From assembly GCA_963849325.1 (NCBI GenBank), contig CAWKHF010000006.1:384001-448000 (forward strand): DNA of 64,000 bases. The letters run 5' to 3'. The notes under the pieces are model-generated. The model was not told the DNA's origin and did no database searches. It saw only the letters and a program-made list of their open reading frames with translations. Positions 1 through 11,512 of the stretch are shown here, one piece after another. A program made the position numbers and the translations under genes. The DNA is from an uncultured Planctomycetota bacterium (GTDB lineage Bacteria > Planctomycetota > Planctomycetia > Gemmatales > Gemmataceae). Each line of letters begins with the position of its first letter. The stretch's first letter is position 1.

Positions 1-355
1 GCTGAGCAAGGTCTTGTTGGTGGAGGCGCCGAAGGAACGGGTGCTCCAGCTGGCCGACCTGGCCGAGAAAGTCCACGGTGAGGCGAGCGCGATGATGGAC
101 AACGCGGCCAAGCTGGATCAATGGGCTCGCTTCTATGCACGGATCGTCAGCCAGCATCTGATGGAGCAGGCCCGGCAGCTGCCACCGGCCGATCAGCCCG
201 CCGTGCTGCGGATGGTCGCCACCAGCCTGACCCGAACCGAGAGCGACGCCTCCAAGCTGGCGATTCAGCTGCAGGCCGACGCGCCAGGATCGGCGGCGTC
301 CTTCGACCGGATCGCCGTCGCTGCCCGCAAAGGGCGAGACGACCTGCGCCTCTGA
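1..355 (+). CDS. Hypothetical protein, 3' end (5' part lies outside the window)
   Basis: Open frame from the window edge to TGA at 353-355; helical-looking sequence with host-like codon usage. Confidence 0.55.
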   Translation, partial: LSKVLLVEAPKERVLQLADLAEKVHGEASAMMDNAAKLDQWARFYARIVSQHLMEQARQLPPADQPAVLRMVATSLTRTESDASKLAIQLQADAPGSAASFDRIAVAARKGRDDLRL

Positions 356-397
356 TGCGGAGTTAGAGGCGGAGGAAAAAAGACGAGCGGGAGGGCA

Positions 398-874
398 TCA
401 CCCCCCCATCATCGTCCACAGATGCCCCAGCCAGGACGAAGCGAACGGCTCTTCGCGGCGGTAGGCCAGCATGTAAGTCCAGTTGGCCAGGAGCACGACA
501 TATCCCAGGATGAGGAGAACGCGGCCGAGGCGGGACGGCACCGTGACGTCGAAGCGGCGTCCGGTGGTGAACTCGATCGCCCACTTCAGGGCCAGCACGG
601 CGGCCAGCACCAGCACCGGCAACGTCAACGGGTTGAACAAAGTCGCATCGAACGGCCGGCCGCGCAGACACAGGGCGACGCCGCGCGTCATGCCGCACAG
701 CGGACAGGGCAGGCCGGCCGCATTCCGCAGCAGACACACTTTCGGACCTGGTTGCGACAGCGGATTCCACACCGACAGCACGCCGACGCCCAGTGCGATC
801 AGGCCGAAACCTTGCAGGCGCAGCGCGCGCTGCGAGGGGGTGGCGAACGGTCGGGTTTGGATGCGGACAATCAT
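398..874 (-). CDS. DUF2752-family membrane protein
   Basis: CLLRNAAGLPCPLCGMTRG...LFNPL motif and three hydrophobic segments; ATGA overlap with the upstream gene. Confidence 0.85.
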   Translation of the reverse strand: MIVRIQTRPFATPSQRALRLQGFGLIALGVGVLSVWNPLSQPGPKVCLLRNAAGLPCPLCGMTRGVALCLRGRPFDATLFNPLTLPVLVLAAVLALKWAIEFTTGRRFDVTVPSRLGRVLLILGYVVLLANWTYMLAYRREEPFASSWLGHLWTMMGG

Positions 875-1631
875 GGCGCGGTAACCATATCTGGTTGAGG
901 GCTTCCTGATAGATCATACCGAGAAACGGCAATCCGCAGAACAGGCACGGGTTGAGAAAGAAGACGACCTGCCGCAGTCCCGGCGTCTCCGGTACACCCG
1001 CCAGCGCTTGCGTGCGGCGGATCAGGTCCGACAACTGGAAGACAGTCACGTAGATCGCGTACGGCGGGAAAATCAGCATCAGCGACAGTTCGGTGCGCGG
1101 GTTGAAGTCCTTGCGGCCGGTGTATTCGCCGCACTCGCGCAGGACGCGATAGGCCCAGTAAACGAAGTAAAAGCCGCACGTCAGGTACGACAGCAGAAGC
1201 ACCCCCAGCGGATGCCGCACACGGCCGAGTGGCCGGCCGGCAGTATCCGTCCGCCGCCCGGTGGTTTTCGCGCTGTAGGCTCGGCACACCTGGAACGAGT
1301 ACACCAGGCCGAAAATACCCCCCGTCAAAATGGTCAGGGTGAGGACGAGCGCGGGGTGCATGTTCTCCCAGTCGAAGGACGGACGCGGCTTGCGTGCGGC
1401 GGGCGTTTTGTCGGCCGTGACCGGCGGGATGATCGCCGAATCCGTGATGGGCTTACCGGAGGGAAACAACCCCTTGACGGAACTGGCTTGTACCCAAGTG
1501 GACATGCCATCCTGCCAGACGAGGTCGGTCGGTTTGAGCTGCCCGGAGGCCGCCAGTTGCTTGAGCTGGGTGGCCGTGGCGGGAGCGGCGGCTTGCTGAC
1601 CGTTGAGCGTATAATGCCATTCGTTCGCCAT
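871..1631 (-). CDS. GYF_2 (DUF4339) domain plus DUF4234-like membrane protein; probable frameshift near the 3' end
   Basis: N-terminal EWHY...GQQ...LKQLAASGQL..TDLVWQDGMSTW; two LxxxTxGxY/F membrane repeats; the called ORF runs into the next gene, so the true stop is probably TGA at 871. Confidence 0.8.
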
Positions 1632-1776
1632 AAACGTCCGTCGGCACCGGGAGTTTCAGGTGGGTGGAGCGGGAGACGGCGCTGTCGATTGTATCGCTCC
1701 GCGCACCTGGCCCGATAGGGTCCGGTATCGTTTCGCGGCGGCTCGCAGAGCCGCCGCGAAACGAGGCGATACCGTC

Positions 1777-3240
1777 TCAGCGAATCGCGCGCGGCGCTTT
1801 CTGCCCCTTGGGGATCTTGGTCGTGTACGCGCGCCCCTTCATGCGCTCCTGAAAATCGGCGCGGGCGTCCTGGAGAGCCTGCGGATCTTGCAGCAGATCG
1901 ACGGCGCTGAGGGCCAGCACTTTGGCGGCGACCAGCAATCCCTTGTGCCCGATAGGCGAACCGATGGCGGCGACGTTCTGCCAGCTGTGCCCTGGACTGC
2001 CGGCCGCGAAGCAGACCGTATCCAGCCCGGAGGTCGGTACCTGCCAGCTGATGTCGCCCACGTCGGTGGAACCGCCGTCGGCGGGGTACGGTTTCTCCGG
2101 CAGCGGCTCGATGCTGTCATGCAGCGGCTGGCGTTCTTTGAGGGAGAACTCGGTTCGCAGCGGCTCTTGCAAGCGGCGCGCGAGTTCGCGGTCGGAATCG
2201 TCGAACTTCGGCGGCCCGACGAGGCGGAAGTTGCGCAGGACGACGCGCGACAGCGGCAGGTTCGGGATGATCTCGTGGCAGTCCGTATCGATGTGGACCG
2301 ACACTTTCGTCCGGCTCATCTTGGCCGCGCCCTCGGCGATGTCGCCCAGCCAATCGAAGTTGCGTTCGACGTCCTCATGGACATTGGCGCGGACGAAGTA
2401 CCACACCTGGGCGGTGGCCGGCACCACGTTCGGCTGAGCGCCGCCGTTGGTGATGACGTAGTGCAGACGACTGGTCTCCTTGACGTGCTCGCGCATGTAG
2501 TTGGCGCCGACGTTCATCAGCTCGACGCCGTCGAGCGCGCTGCGGCCCTTCTCGGGACTGCCGGAGGCGTGGGCCGGCAGACCGCGGAAGGTGAACTTGG
2601 CCGAGATCAGCGCCTTGGTGGACAGGTAGGCGACGCGGTTCTTGGTGCCGGGGTGCCAGTGCAGGCAGGCGTCGAGGTCGCGGAACTGGCCGTCCAGAGC
2701 CATGTACACCTTGCCGATGACGGTCTCCTCCGCCGGCGTACCGTAGAGGCGGATGGTGCCGTGAAGATGGTGCTTGTCGAGAGCGTCCTTGACGGCCAGG
2801 GCGGCGCCGACGGCGGCGGTGCCCAGGGCGCAATGTCCGCAGCCGTGTCCGGCGTCCTGTCCGGGGATGGCCTTGCGCATGCCTCCGCCGGCCTGCTGCG
2901 ACAGCTCCGGCAGGGCGTCGTACTCGGCGAGGATGCCGAGGACCGGCTTGCCCGAGCCATACTCGGCGACGAACGCCGTCGGCATGTCGCTGACGCCTTC
3001 CTTGACGCGGAAACCTGCCTTCTTCAGCACACTCGCCAGACGCGCCGCCGAACGGTGTTCCTGCAAACCCAGCTCGGCGTAGGTCCAAATGTCCTGGTTG
3101 ACGGCCACCAACTCGGGACGCAGGTTGTCCAGGTAACGAAGAATGTCCTGCTGGAGGGGCGTCGCTTTCGCCGGTTCCTCGGCCCGGCATGCCCGTGCGG
3201 AACAGGTGGCGGCGAGGGCGAGCAGTACGAGAGAACGCAT
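1777..3240 (-). CDS. M20 family amidohydrolase (AbgB-like) with N-terminal signal peptide
   Basis: LAEYDALP, GHGCGH, GTPAEE, GSTDVGDISW motifs; ATG after a GAGGAG RBS. Confidence 0.9.
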   Translation of the reverse strand: MRSLVLLALAATCSARACRAEEPAKATPLQQDILRYLDNLRPELVAVNQDIWTYAELGLQEHRSAARLASVLKKAGFRVKEGVSDMPTAFVAEYGSGKPVLGILAEYDALPELSQQAGGGMRKAIPGQDAGHGCGHCALGTAAVGAALAVKDALDKHHLHGTIRLYGTPAEETVIGKVYMALDGQFRDLDACLHWHPGTKNRVAYLSTKALISAKFTFRGLPAHASGSPEKGRSALDGVELMNVGANYMREHVKETSRLHYVITNGGAQPNVVPATAQVWYFVRANVHEDVERNFDWLGDIAEGAAKMSRTKVSVHIDTDCHEIIPNLPLSRVVLRNFRLVGPPKFDDSDRELARRLQEPLRTEFSLKERQPLHDSIEPLPEKPYPADGGSTDVGDISWQVPTSGLDTVCFAAGSPGHSWQNVAAIGSPIGHKGLLVAAKVLALSAVDLLQDPQALQDARADFQERMKGRAYTTKIPKGQKAPRAIR

Positions 3241-3333
3241 GGGGATGCTCCTCGGTGTGAAGGGAAGGGGTGCGCTCGGGGCATGGCGGAAGTGTATCAA
3301 CGGCCGGAAGGAATCGCCAATACCACCCGAACA

Positions 3334-3385
3334 AGCCGCGAGCGCCAGCGAGCGGGGATGCTCCCGTTCCCCGACGGTCGCGGCT
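3334..3385. repeat. Degenerate REP-like palindrome (AGCCGCGA...TCGCGGCT)
   Basis: Intergenic imperfect hairpin between truD and the amidohydrolase. Confidence 0.55.
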
Positions 3386-3397
3386 CGGGTTTTTCCG

Positions 3398-4457
3398 TTA
3401 GCTCTTCGTGATCTCGCGCAGCAGCACCGTGGCATAACTCCCGGCCGGCAGCGTGAAGCTCAGACACACGCCCTCGGCGTCCACCTCCGCCGTCAAGTCG
3501 TCCACGTAGACCAGATTATGCCGCCGCGTGCCCGCCAGCAGCTTGCCGAAGGCGTGAAACGCCGCCGGTGACACGCCGGCATCTTGCAAGACCTGCTCTT
3601 CGCGCTCGGCCGCCGTGCCGGCGGCGCGGAACATCTTCCGGCCGAACATCGGCCCCGCCGGCACGATCTCGCGCGCCTCCAGCCGGGCCTGCTCGCGATG
3701 TACGTCCTCGGCCACGAACAGGCCGCCGAACGGCCAGCGCGCCATCACGTCGCCGGCAAGCACACGGCGGAGCAGGCCGTCCGCCATCCGCCGGGCCAGG
3801 CCGTGGTTGAACAGGGCCGACTGCGCCGCCGACAGAGCCAACTTGCGCAGAAAGGGACTGCGGAGGTTCGCCTTCAAGCCGGCCGGCGGAGGTTCCTGAC
3901 GCAGCAGCGCCAGACCGAGCCGAACCGTTTCGCCCTCGTGGCCAAACCGCTGCGGCCCGTAGAAGTTGGCCAGGCCGTCACGCCGCAGGCGCTCGATCAG
4001 GAGGGGCAGACGTTCGCCGGCGTCCACCGTCACGTCGCGCACGCGGATACGGAAGCGATTGCCGTGCAGGTGGCCGGGCTTGAGCTTGTTGCCGTGCCAG
4101 CTCGACGTTCAACAAGCGGATCCCATCGCCATCGAGTTGACTCAGACGGGCCTCGGCGCGGGCCGGCACCGATACCATCTGCCGCGTCACCGCTTGCCGG
4201 TCCTTCAGGCCCGCCGTGCCCACTTCGGACGGCGAAACGTCAAGGCGGCGCGCGATCTGGCGCACGAAGTATTCGGCGCCCATGTCGCGCTTTTCGACCC
4301 ACAAGAACAGGTGATCGCCGCTACCGGAGGGCGGGTAGGCCGGCACCTCCTCGACCTCGAAATCCTCCAGCCGCTCCTTGATGCGGCCGCCGATACCGGG
4401 CAGGTCGGTCGTTGCCCAAGGCGGCGGTGTCAGCGGATCGAAGACCGGAATGTTCAT
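3398..4457 (-). CDS. truD: tRNA pseudouridine(13) synthase TruD (frameshifted)
   Basis: EDFEVEE, GTAGLKDRQAVTRQ, NFYGPQRFG and FTLPAGSYATVLLRE spread across two frames. Confidence 0.93.
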
Positions 4458-4771
4458 GGTGGCAAGACTCGCGCTTCGTACACGAAACCTCCGCTACTGT
4501 ACCGCATTTTCACGTGGAAATCTCTTGGTGAATGGGTCGGGCCTGGCTATAGTCATCTACGTTCGCCCCCATCGCTTCGACATCTCGATTCACGCCGGTT
4601 TCCGCTGCCGGTCTCGTGCAGACGGTGCAGCCCAGAAACCCTTCGACCTCGGCCGACCCCGGCCGTCCGGAGGGGCTTCGATGGCGCTGCGTTTCCCTTC
4701 CTTCCCTTTTGCTGCTTTTCCACGTCGGCCGCTGCCACGCGCCAGCCGGCCGACAACCCGCGAGGTACACC

Positions 4772-5803
4772 ATGTTCGACGAGCACGCCCCGGATGATTT
4801 CTTCGCCGCGACGCGCATGTCGTTGGGCGACCACATCGAGGAGCTGCGCACGCACCTGCTGCGTGCCCTGCTCGGCTTCGGCGTCGCCCTCGTTGCCGGC
4901 TTCTTCCTCAGCCGGCCGGTCCTGGTTTTCCTCGCCGCGCCGGTGGATCGGGCGCTGGCGAAGTTTCACCAACGCCGCATGGATCGTCTGACGCGGCAGC
5001 TGGCCGAAGGCGATCCGCGGCTGCGCGACGCCAACCAGCCGCGCGACGTGGAACTCCTCTTCCCCGCGCGTCGCCTGGGAGAATTGCTCGGTTTGCCGGA
5101 ACAACCAACATCGCAAGAATGGGCGCCCGTGCCGGTGCGCGTCCGGCCGCTGGACTTGGCGCTGTTGACCGGCGAAGCCTCGCAGCTGGTGAATCGTCCG
5201 CCGACCCTGATGTCGCTGACCTTGACGGAGCCGTTCACCGTCTATTTCAAGGTCAGCGCCTGGTGTGGCGTGGTGCTGGCCAGTCCGTGGATTTTCCATC
5301 AACTCTGGCTATTCGTCGCGGCGGGGCTGTATCCGCACGAAAAACGTCTGGTCCGCGTCAATCTGCCGTTGAGCATCGGTCTGTTCTTGGGCGGCATCGC
5401 CCTGTGCGAATTCGTCGTGCTGCCGGCCGGGGTGGATTATTTGCTGAGCTTCAACGACTGGCTCGGCTACGAGCCGGAACCGCGGCTGAGCGATTGGCTC
5501 GGCTTCGCTCTGATGATGCCGCTGGTCTTCGGCCTCGCCTTCCAGACGCCGCTGGTGATGGTCTTTCTGGAACGGATCGGCCTGTTCAGCGTGGAGAGCT
5601 ACCGTCGCCATCGCCGGCTGGCGATTTTCCTGCTGGCCGTGCTGGCGGCGGTGATGTCGGTGACGCCCGACTATTACAGCATGTTGGCCTTGGCGGCGCC
5701 GATGTGGGGGTTGTACGAGGTCGGGATTGTGCTCTGCCGCTGGTCGCCGCGACCGCCGACCGAGCCGGACGAAACGGAAGCCGAGGAGTTGATACATGTG
5801 TAA
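4772..5803 (+). CDS. tatC: Twin-arginine translocase subunit TatC
   Basis: MSLGDHIEELR, EPFTVYFKV, QLWLFVAAGLYPHEK, FQTPLV, TPD motifs. Confidence 0.95.
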   Translation: MFDEHAPDDFFAATRMSLGDHIEELRTHLLRALLGFGVALVAGFFLSRPVLVFLAAPVDRALAKFHQRRMDRLTRQLAEGDPRLRDANQPRDVELLFPARRLGELLGLPEQPTSQEWAPVPVRVRPLDLALLTGEASQLVNRPPTLMSLTLTEPFTVYFKVSAWCGVVLASPWIFHQLWLFVAAGLYPHEKRLVRVNLPLSIGLFLGGIALCEFVVLPAGVDYLLSFNDWLGYEPEPRLSDWLGFALMMPLVFGLAFQTPLVMVFLERIGLFSVESYRRHRRLAIFLLAVLAAVMSVTPDYYSMLALAAPMWGLYEVGIVLCRWSPRPPTEPDETEAEELIHV

Positions 5804-5815
5804 GTGCCTGTCCGT

Positions 5816-5855
5816 TAAGCCCCTCTCCCCCGGTACTCCGGGGGAGAGGGGCTTA
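5816..5855. repeat. REP-like perfect hairpin, possibly the tatC terminator
   Basis: TAAGCCCCTCTCCCCCGG-TACT-CCGGGGGAGAGGGGCTTA, an 18-bp perfect stem. Confidence 0.8.
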
Positions 5856-5998
5856 CCCGACAAACTCTCTAAGCGTTTACGCGACCGAGTGATTTCCTCC
5901 CTGACGCTTGCGCGAACGACATGATAGAATACCAGGAGTTTCGTCCGGCCTTGGCCTACCTTCCGCCCCTCCGCTTGCGAGCACAGGGATATTACCGC

Positions 5999-8309
5999 AT
6001 GAGGTCCACCGCCGCTCGGCTCGTCTGCCTGTTTCTGTGGTCCGTCCCGATGGCCGCGGTACACGCCGCCGACCGGGATGATCCGCGGGCCATCGAATTT
6101 TTCGAGAAAAACGTCCGTCCCCTGCTGGTCTCGAAGTGTCAGTCCTGCCACGGTCCGAAGCGGCAGCAAGGAGGGATACGCCTGGACTCGCGCGCCGCCG
6201 TGCTCCAGGGCGGCGACAACGGAGTGATCCTCGTTCCCGGCCAACCCGACAAAAGTCTCCTCATCCGCGCCATCCGCTATGACGGCGACGTGCAAATGCC
6301 GCCCAAGGGCAAGCTCCCGGCGGAGTCCATCGCGCATCTGACCACCTGGGTCCGCATGGGCGCTCGCCTGGCCGGACGGCGAGACCAAGGTCGAGGAGCA
6401 TTCGCTGTCGGTGGCCCAGGTGCGGCGCACGCACTGGTCGTTTCAGCCGGTGAGGAAACCGGCCCTGCCATCGGTACACCATCCCGCATGGGTGCGGACG
6501 CCCGTCGATGCCTTCGTGCTGGCGCGGCTGGAAGCGAAGGGTCTGGCCCCAGCGCCGACCGCCGATCGGCGCACGCTGATCCGCCGGCTGACGCTCGACC
6601 TGCACGGTTTGCCGCCGACTCCGGAAGAAGTGGCCGATTTCGAGGCGGATCGATCGCCGAACGCTTACGCCCGGCTCGTCGATCGGTTGTTGGCCTCGCC
6701 GCGCTACGGCGAACGCTGGGGCCGGCACTGGCTCGACGTGGCTCGCTACGCCGATTCCAAGGGCTACGTCTTCACCGACGAGCGTCGCTATCCCTTCGCC
6801 TACACCTACCGCGATTACGTCATCCGCGCCTTCAACGAGGATCTGCCTTACGACCAATTCGTCGTGCAGCAGCTCGCGGCGGACCAGCTGCCGCTGGGCG
6901 AAGACAAGCGGCCGCTGGCGGCGCTGGGTTATCTGACGCTGGGCCGGCGCTTCCTCAACAACATTCACGACATCATCGACGATCGCATTGACGTGACCAT
7001 GCGCGGCCTGCAAGGGCTGACGGCCGGCTGCGCCCGCTGTCACGATCACAAGTTCGACCCCATCCCGCAGAAGGACTATTACTCGCTCTACGGCGTCTTC
7101 GCCAGCTCCGTCGAGCCGAAAGACCTGCCGTTGATCGGCCATCCCGAGCCGACGCCGGAGTTGGCGGCGTTCGAGAAGGAGTTGGCCCGGCGCAAGGCGG
7201 AGGTCGAAAAGTATCGCACCGAGCACAAGGACGAGCTGGCCAAGGGCAACCGCAAGTTCCGCGATGGTCTGCGGGCCTTGCGGAAGAAGGTCGATCAATG
7301 GCAGGTGACGGCGCCGTCCGCTCCGCCGCGGGCCATGGTCCTCGAAGACGCGCCCTCGCCGGTGACGCCGCACGTCTTCCTGCGCGGCAATCCGCAACAA
7401 CCCCGGCCCCTCGGTGCCGCGTCAGTTCCTCGAAGTGGTGGCCGGCGAGCAGCGTCAGCCGTTCCGCCACGGCAGCGGCCGGCTCGAACTGGCTCGCGCC
7501 ATCGCGGATCGTAAGAAATCCGCTGACGGCCCGCGTCCTGGTTAATCGCGTCTGGCTGCACCATTTCGGCGCCGGCCTGGTGCGCACTCCCAGCGATTTC
7601 GGTCTCCGCGGCGATCCGCCCACCCATCCCGAGTTGCTCGACTGGCTCGCCGCCGCGTTCGTGGACGACGGCTGGTCGATCAAGAAGCTGCACCGACTCA
7701 TCCTGCTGTCCAGCACGTATCAGCAGTCCGGCCGCGACGACCCGCGGCAGTTGGAGAGCGACCCGGACAATCGCCTGCTGGCCGGCATGAATCGGCGGCG
7801 GCTCGACTTCGAGGCGATGCGCGATTCGCTGTTGGCCGTCGCCGGCCGGCTCGACACGACGATGGGCGGCCGAGCGGTGGAGTTGACGACGGCCCCGTTC
7901 AGCCCGCGCCGCTCGGTGTATGGCTTCATCGACCGCCAGAACCTGCCCGGCCTGTTCCGCACCTTCGACTTCGCCAGCCCCGATACCAGCACGCCGCAGC
8001 GCTACACCACCACCGTGCCGCAGCAGGCGCTGTTCCTGATGAACAGCCCCTTCGTGGTCGAGCAGGCCCGGCATTTCGCGCAGCGCGCCGACGTGGCGGC
8101 GCAGACAAAGGATGAAGAGAAGATAGAAAGGATGTATCGACTAGCTTATGGCCGTGCTGCCGAGACCGAGGAGATCGCGCTGGGCCTGCGGTTTCTCGAC
8201 CGAGGCGCGGAAGAGCGAGGGCGCGAAGAAGGCCGGGCTTCATCTGTCGGCATGGGAGCAGTATGCTCAGGTAGTGCTGCTGTCTAATGAGTTCGCCTTC
8301 GTGGATTGA
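5999..8309 (+). CDS. Planctomycete cytochrome c plus DUF1549/DUF1553 (PSCyt1/PSD1) protein (several frameshifts)
   Basis: FFEKNVRPLL..KCQSCHG, HWSF, ERWGRHWLDVARYADS, CARCHDHKFDP, NPLTARVLVNRVW, C-terminal SNEFAFVD. Confidence 0.92.
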
Positions 8310-8324
8310 ACGGGAGGGGGATAC

Positions 8325-8570
8325 ATGAACGAAAAACCGCGACTGGATCACGACGTTTACCGCGAGAACCGTTACCAGTTTTTGCCGGAGGATTTACTTC
8401 CGTATGCGGAAGAATGGGTAGCCTGGAGCCTGGATGGTTCGCGCATCGTCGCGCATCACCGCGACCTTCTGGAAGTAGCGAAGATGCTGGAAGCGTCTGG
8501 CATCGACTGGGGAGCGGAAGTGAACTTTGAATGGATTCCTCCTGGCGGCGAGATCGAGAGCCTGTTATGA
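8325..8570 (+). CDS. Small DUF5678-like protein (putative antitoxin-like partner)
   Basis: 81 aa, LLPYAEEWVAWSLDGSRIVAH; GGAGG RBS; ATGA overlap with the next gene. Confidence 0.65.
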   Translation: MNEKPRLDHDVYRENRYQFLPEDLLPYAEEWVAWSLDGSRIVAHHRDLLEVAKMLEASGIDWGAEVNFEWIPPGGEIESLL

Positions 8571-9022
8571 GCCTGCGCTTTCGCTACAAATCCTTTCGCT
8601 TTTCGCATCCGATCGTGCCGCTGGATGGGCGGACCATTCGCCCGCGTCCCGTGTTCAGCGTCACCGTGATCGGCCCTCGCGGTTCGATGCCCCAGGATGC
8701 GCTGCTCGATACGGGGGCCGACGACAACGTCTTCCCCGACCGAATCGCCCAGCTAATCGGCATCGATCTAACCAATGCGCCTTCGAGGCGCGTCGGAACT
8801 TTGCTGTCGAATTCTGTACTCGTTCGCTATGCTCGCGTCACTCTGCGTATCGCCGACAATCAGGAACGCCGCGAGTGGGAGGCCTGGGTCGGTTTCACGC
8901 CGGCCCCGATTCGCTTCCCAACACTCGGCTTTGCCGGCTTCCTGCAATACTTCACGGCGACCTTCCACGGCGATCGGGAAGAAGTCGAGCTGACAGTGAA
9001 TAGTCAGTATGCGGGGACGTGA
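8567..9022 (+). CDS. Retropepsin-like (clan AA) aspartyl protease
   Basis: ALLDTGADD catalytic motif and C-terminal LGFAGFLQYF. Confidence 0.85.
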   Translation: MSLRFRYKSFRFSHPIVPLDGRTIRPRPVFSVTVIGPRGSMPQDALLDTGADDNVFPDRIAQLIGIDLTNAPSRRVGTLLSNSVLVRYARVTLRIADNQERREWEAWVGFTPAPIRFPTLGFAGFLQYFTATFHGDREEVELTVNSQYAGT

Positions 9023-9033
9023 GGGAGGATGCG

Positions 9034-9438
9034 ATGGAAGAAGCTCTCTGGCCCATGCTCGCGGCTATCGTCGCCTGCCTGGTCGTCTTTGGCGTGCTCG
9101 GCGCCGGCCTGGTGCTGGTCATCCGCGACACGATGCGGCAGCGCGGCAAGTGGGGCATCAACTGGAAACCGGCCGCCTGCACCGAATGCGGCACGGCGGC
9201 GCCGGTGGTCCGCATGCCGGCCAATCGGCGTCAGGCGCTATGGGGCGGCTGGACCTGCGCCGAATGCGGCTTGGAACTGGACAAGTGGGGCCGGCCCATC
9301 GAGGGGCAGGACAGCCCGGCGAAATGGAAGGTCCTCCGCGCCGCCGAGGAGAGCGAAGAGCGCCCGCGCCGGCCGAGACGCCGCGACGAACGAATCCGCG
9401 ACGGAGACGATCACACGCAACGAGGAGATGCACCATGA
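9034..9438 (+). CDS. Membrane-anchored Zn-ribbon protein
   Basis: N-terminal TM helix, CTECG...WGGWTCAECG, DKWG. Confidence 0.65.
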   Translation: MEEALWPMLAAIVACLVVFGVLGAGLVLVIRDTMRQRGKWGINWKPAACTECGTAAPVVRMPANRRQALWGGWTCAECGLELDKWGRPIEGQDSPAKWKVLRAAEESEERPRRPRRRDERIRDGDDHTQRGDAP

Positions 9439-10884
9439 ACCAGCCCATCAACCTCGCCCACCTGCCCCTGACACGGCGCGATTTCCTGTGTCGTTCCGGC
9501 ATGGGCTTCGCCTCGCTCGGCCTGGCCGAGCTTGATGGCCTCTCAGGGTCTCGCCGCCGCCACCGACTCGGGCCGGGCCGTATCGCCGCTGGCGCCCAAG
9601 GGGCCGCACTTCCCCGCACGGGCCAAGCGCGTCATCCACCTGTTCATGAACGGCGGCCCCTCGCACGTCGATTCGTTCGATCCCAAGCCATCGCTGCAAA
9701 CGTATGCCGGCAAGCTGCTGCCGCGCACCAACCTCCGCACCGAACGCAGACCGGCGCCGCCTTCCCCTCGCCCTTCCGCTTTCAGAGGTACGGCAAAGTC
9801 GGCATCGAGGTCAGCGACCTGTTCCCGCACACGGCTCGCTGCATCGACGACATCTGCGTCATCCGCTCCATGCACGCCGACGTGCCCAATCACGAGCCGT
9901 CGCTGCTGCTCATGAACTGCGGCGAGGCCCGGCAGATCCGGCCGAGCATGGGTTCGTGGGTGACCTACGGCCTGGGCAGCGACAACCAGAACCTGCCCGG
10001 CTTCATCGCCATGTGTCCGGGCGGCTATCCCATCCAGGAGACGCAGAACTGGCAGTCGGCCTTCCTGCCCGGCGCCTACCAGGGCACCTACATCGACACG
10101 CGCCACACGGAGGTGGACAAGCTCATCGAGCACATCCGCAACACGACGCTGTCGCTGGCCGAGCAGCGCCGCCAGCTCGACCTGCTGCGCCAGCTCAACG
10201 AGCGCCACCAGCAGACGCCGCCGCCACGACGCCCAGCTCGAAGCTCGCATCCAGTCGTTCGAGCTGGCCTACCGCATGCAGATGGACGCCAGCGATGCCT
10301 TCGACGTCAGCCGCGAGCCGAAGCACATCCGCGACATGTACGGGCCCGGCACGCAGGCGCGGCAAATCCTCATCGCCCGCCGGCTGCTGGAAAAGGGCGT
10401 GCGCTTCGTGCAGGTCTGGCACGGCGCCGGCCAGCCGTGGGACAGTCACGACGACATCGAGGTGCAGCACCGCCGCCTGGCCCGCGAATGCGATCAGGCC
10501 ATCGGCGCCCTGCTGGTGGACCTCAAACAGCGCGGCATGCTCGACGACACGCTGGTCATTTGGGGCGGCGAGTTCGGCCGGACGCCGACGGTGGAGCTGC
10601 CGACGCCGGGCAACAACGCCGGCAAGGTCAACGGCCGCGATCACAACCATTGGGGCTTCACGATGTGGCTGGCCGGCGGCGGCGTCAAGGGCGGCCACGT
10701 CCACGGCGCCACCGACGAGTTCGGCTTCCAGGCCGTCGAGAACAAGGTCCACGTCCACGATCTGCACGCCACCATCCTGCACCTGCTCGGCTTCGATCAC
10801 GAACGGCTGACCTACCGCTACGCCGGCCGCGATTTCCGGCTGACGGACGTGCATGGGAACGTCGTCAAAGATGTGCTTGCGTGA
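9435..10884 (+). CDS. DUF1501 domain protein with Tat signal (frameshifted)
   Basis: [60 protein letters not shown]. Confidence 0.93.
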
Positions 10885-10982
10885 GCGAAAACAGAAAAAC
10901 CCGCGGGCCGGTGGTCGTCTCCCTTGGAGGAGAAGACCCCGGCCCGCGAATCCCAGACTTCAGCAATCCAGAGCTACGTTCT

Positions 10983-11189
10983 TCAGGAGCGCCTTGTACC
11001 GCCGAGCGGGCGGTAGATGCGCTGCCCATTCTGGTTGATGCTCGGCACGTAGCCATTACAGTCGGCCCGGCCCAGCATGTCGTCGCCGCCCTCGACGGGT
11101 CGGCCCGCCATGGCGGAATACAACTCGCGGGTCGTCAAACCGGCTTTCCGCCCCCTGTTGATGAGGATCTGATAGTGCGTAAGGCTCAT
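10983..11189 (-). CDS. Small hypothetical protein (68 aa)
   Basis: MSLTHYQILINRGRKAGL...; purine-rich RBS (AGAGAAGG); AT-rich upstream promoter region. Confidence 0.6.
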   Translation of the reverse strand: MSLTHYQILINRGRKAGLTTRELYSAMAGRPVEGGDDMLGRADCNGYVPSINQNGQRIYRPLGGTRRS

Positions 11190-11512
11190 CGTTGATGCCT
11201 TCTCTTTCTTTGGGTCTTGCAGTCGCAACTGCTTCTCTGTTCCTCTTCGCCAAATCCCTGCCTCTACTCTAACTCATAAAACGAGCACATTCCATGCCAT
11301 CATCAGTCCAGGAGGCGAGAGCATACGACATGTTTTTCTTAAAACCTTATTAACAAAATGCTTGCGCCGAAACCCGCTAAGGATGCCTATGGTCTGTATC
11401 GGCATGCCGGCTCGATGAAATGCAAGAAATGTTTTGAAATGGAACAGGGCCATGTTGATTTTTGTACATGAGAAGAAGCGGGGGATAAGGACGATCAAGA
11501 TAGGCCGTTAAG

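Noticed and set aside
363-1631. 422-aa ORF running over the DUF2752 gene
   Set aside because: The C-terminal part is off-frame read-through after a probable indel near 880.
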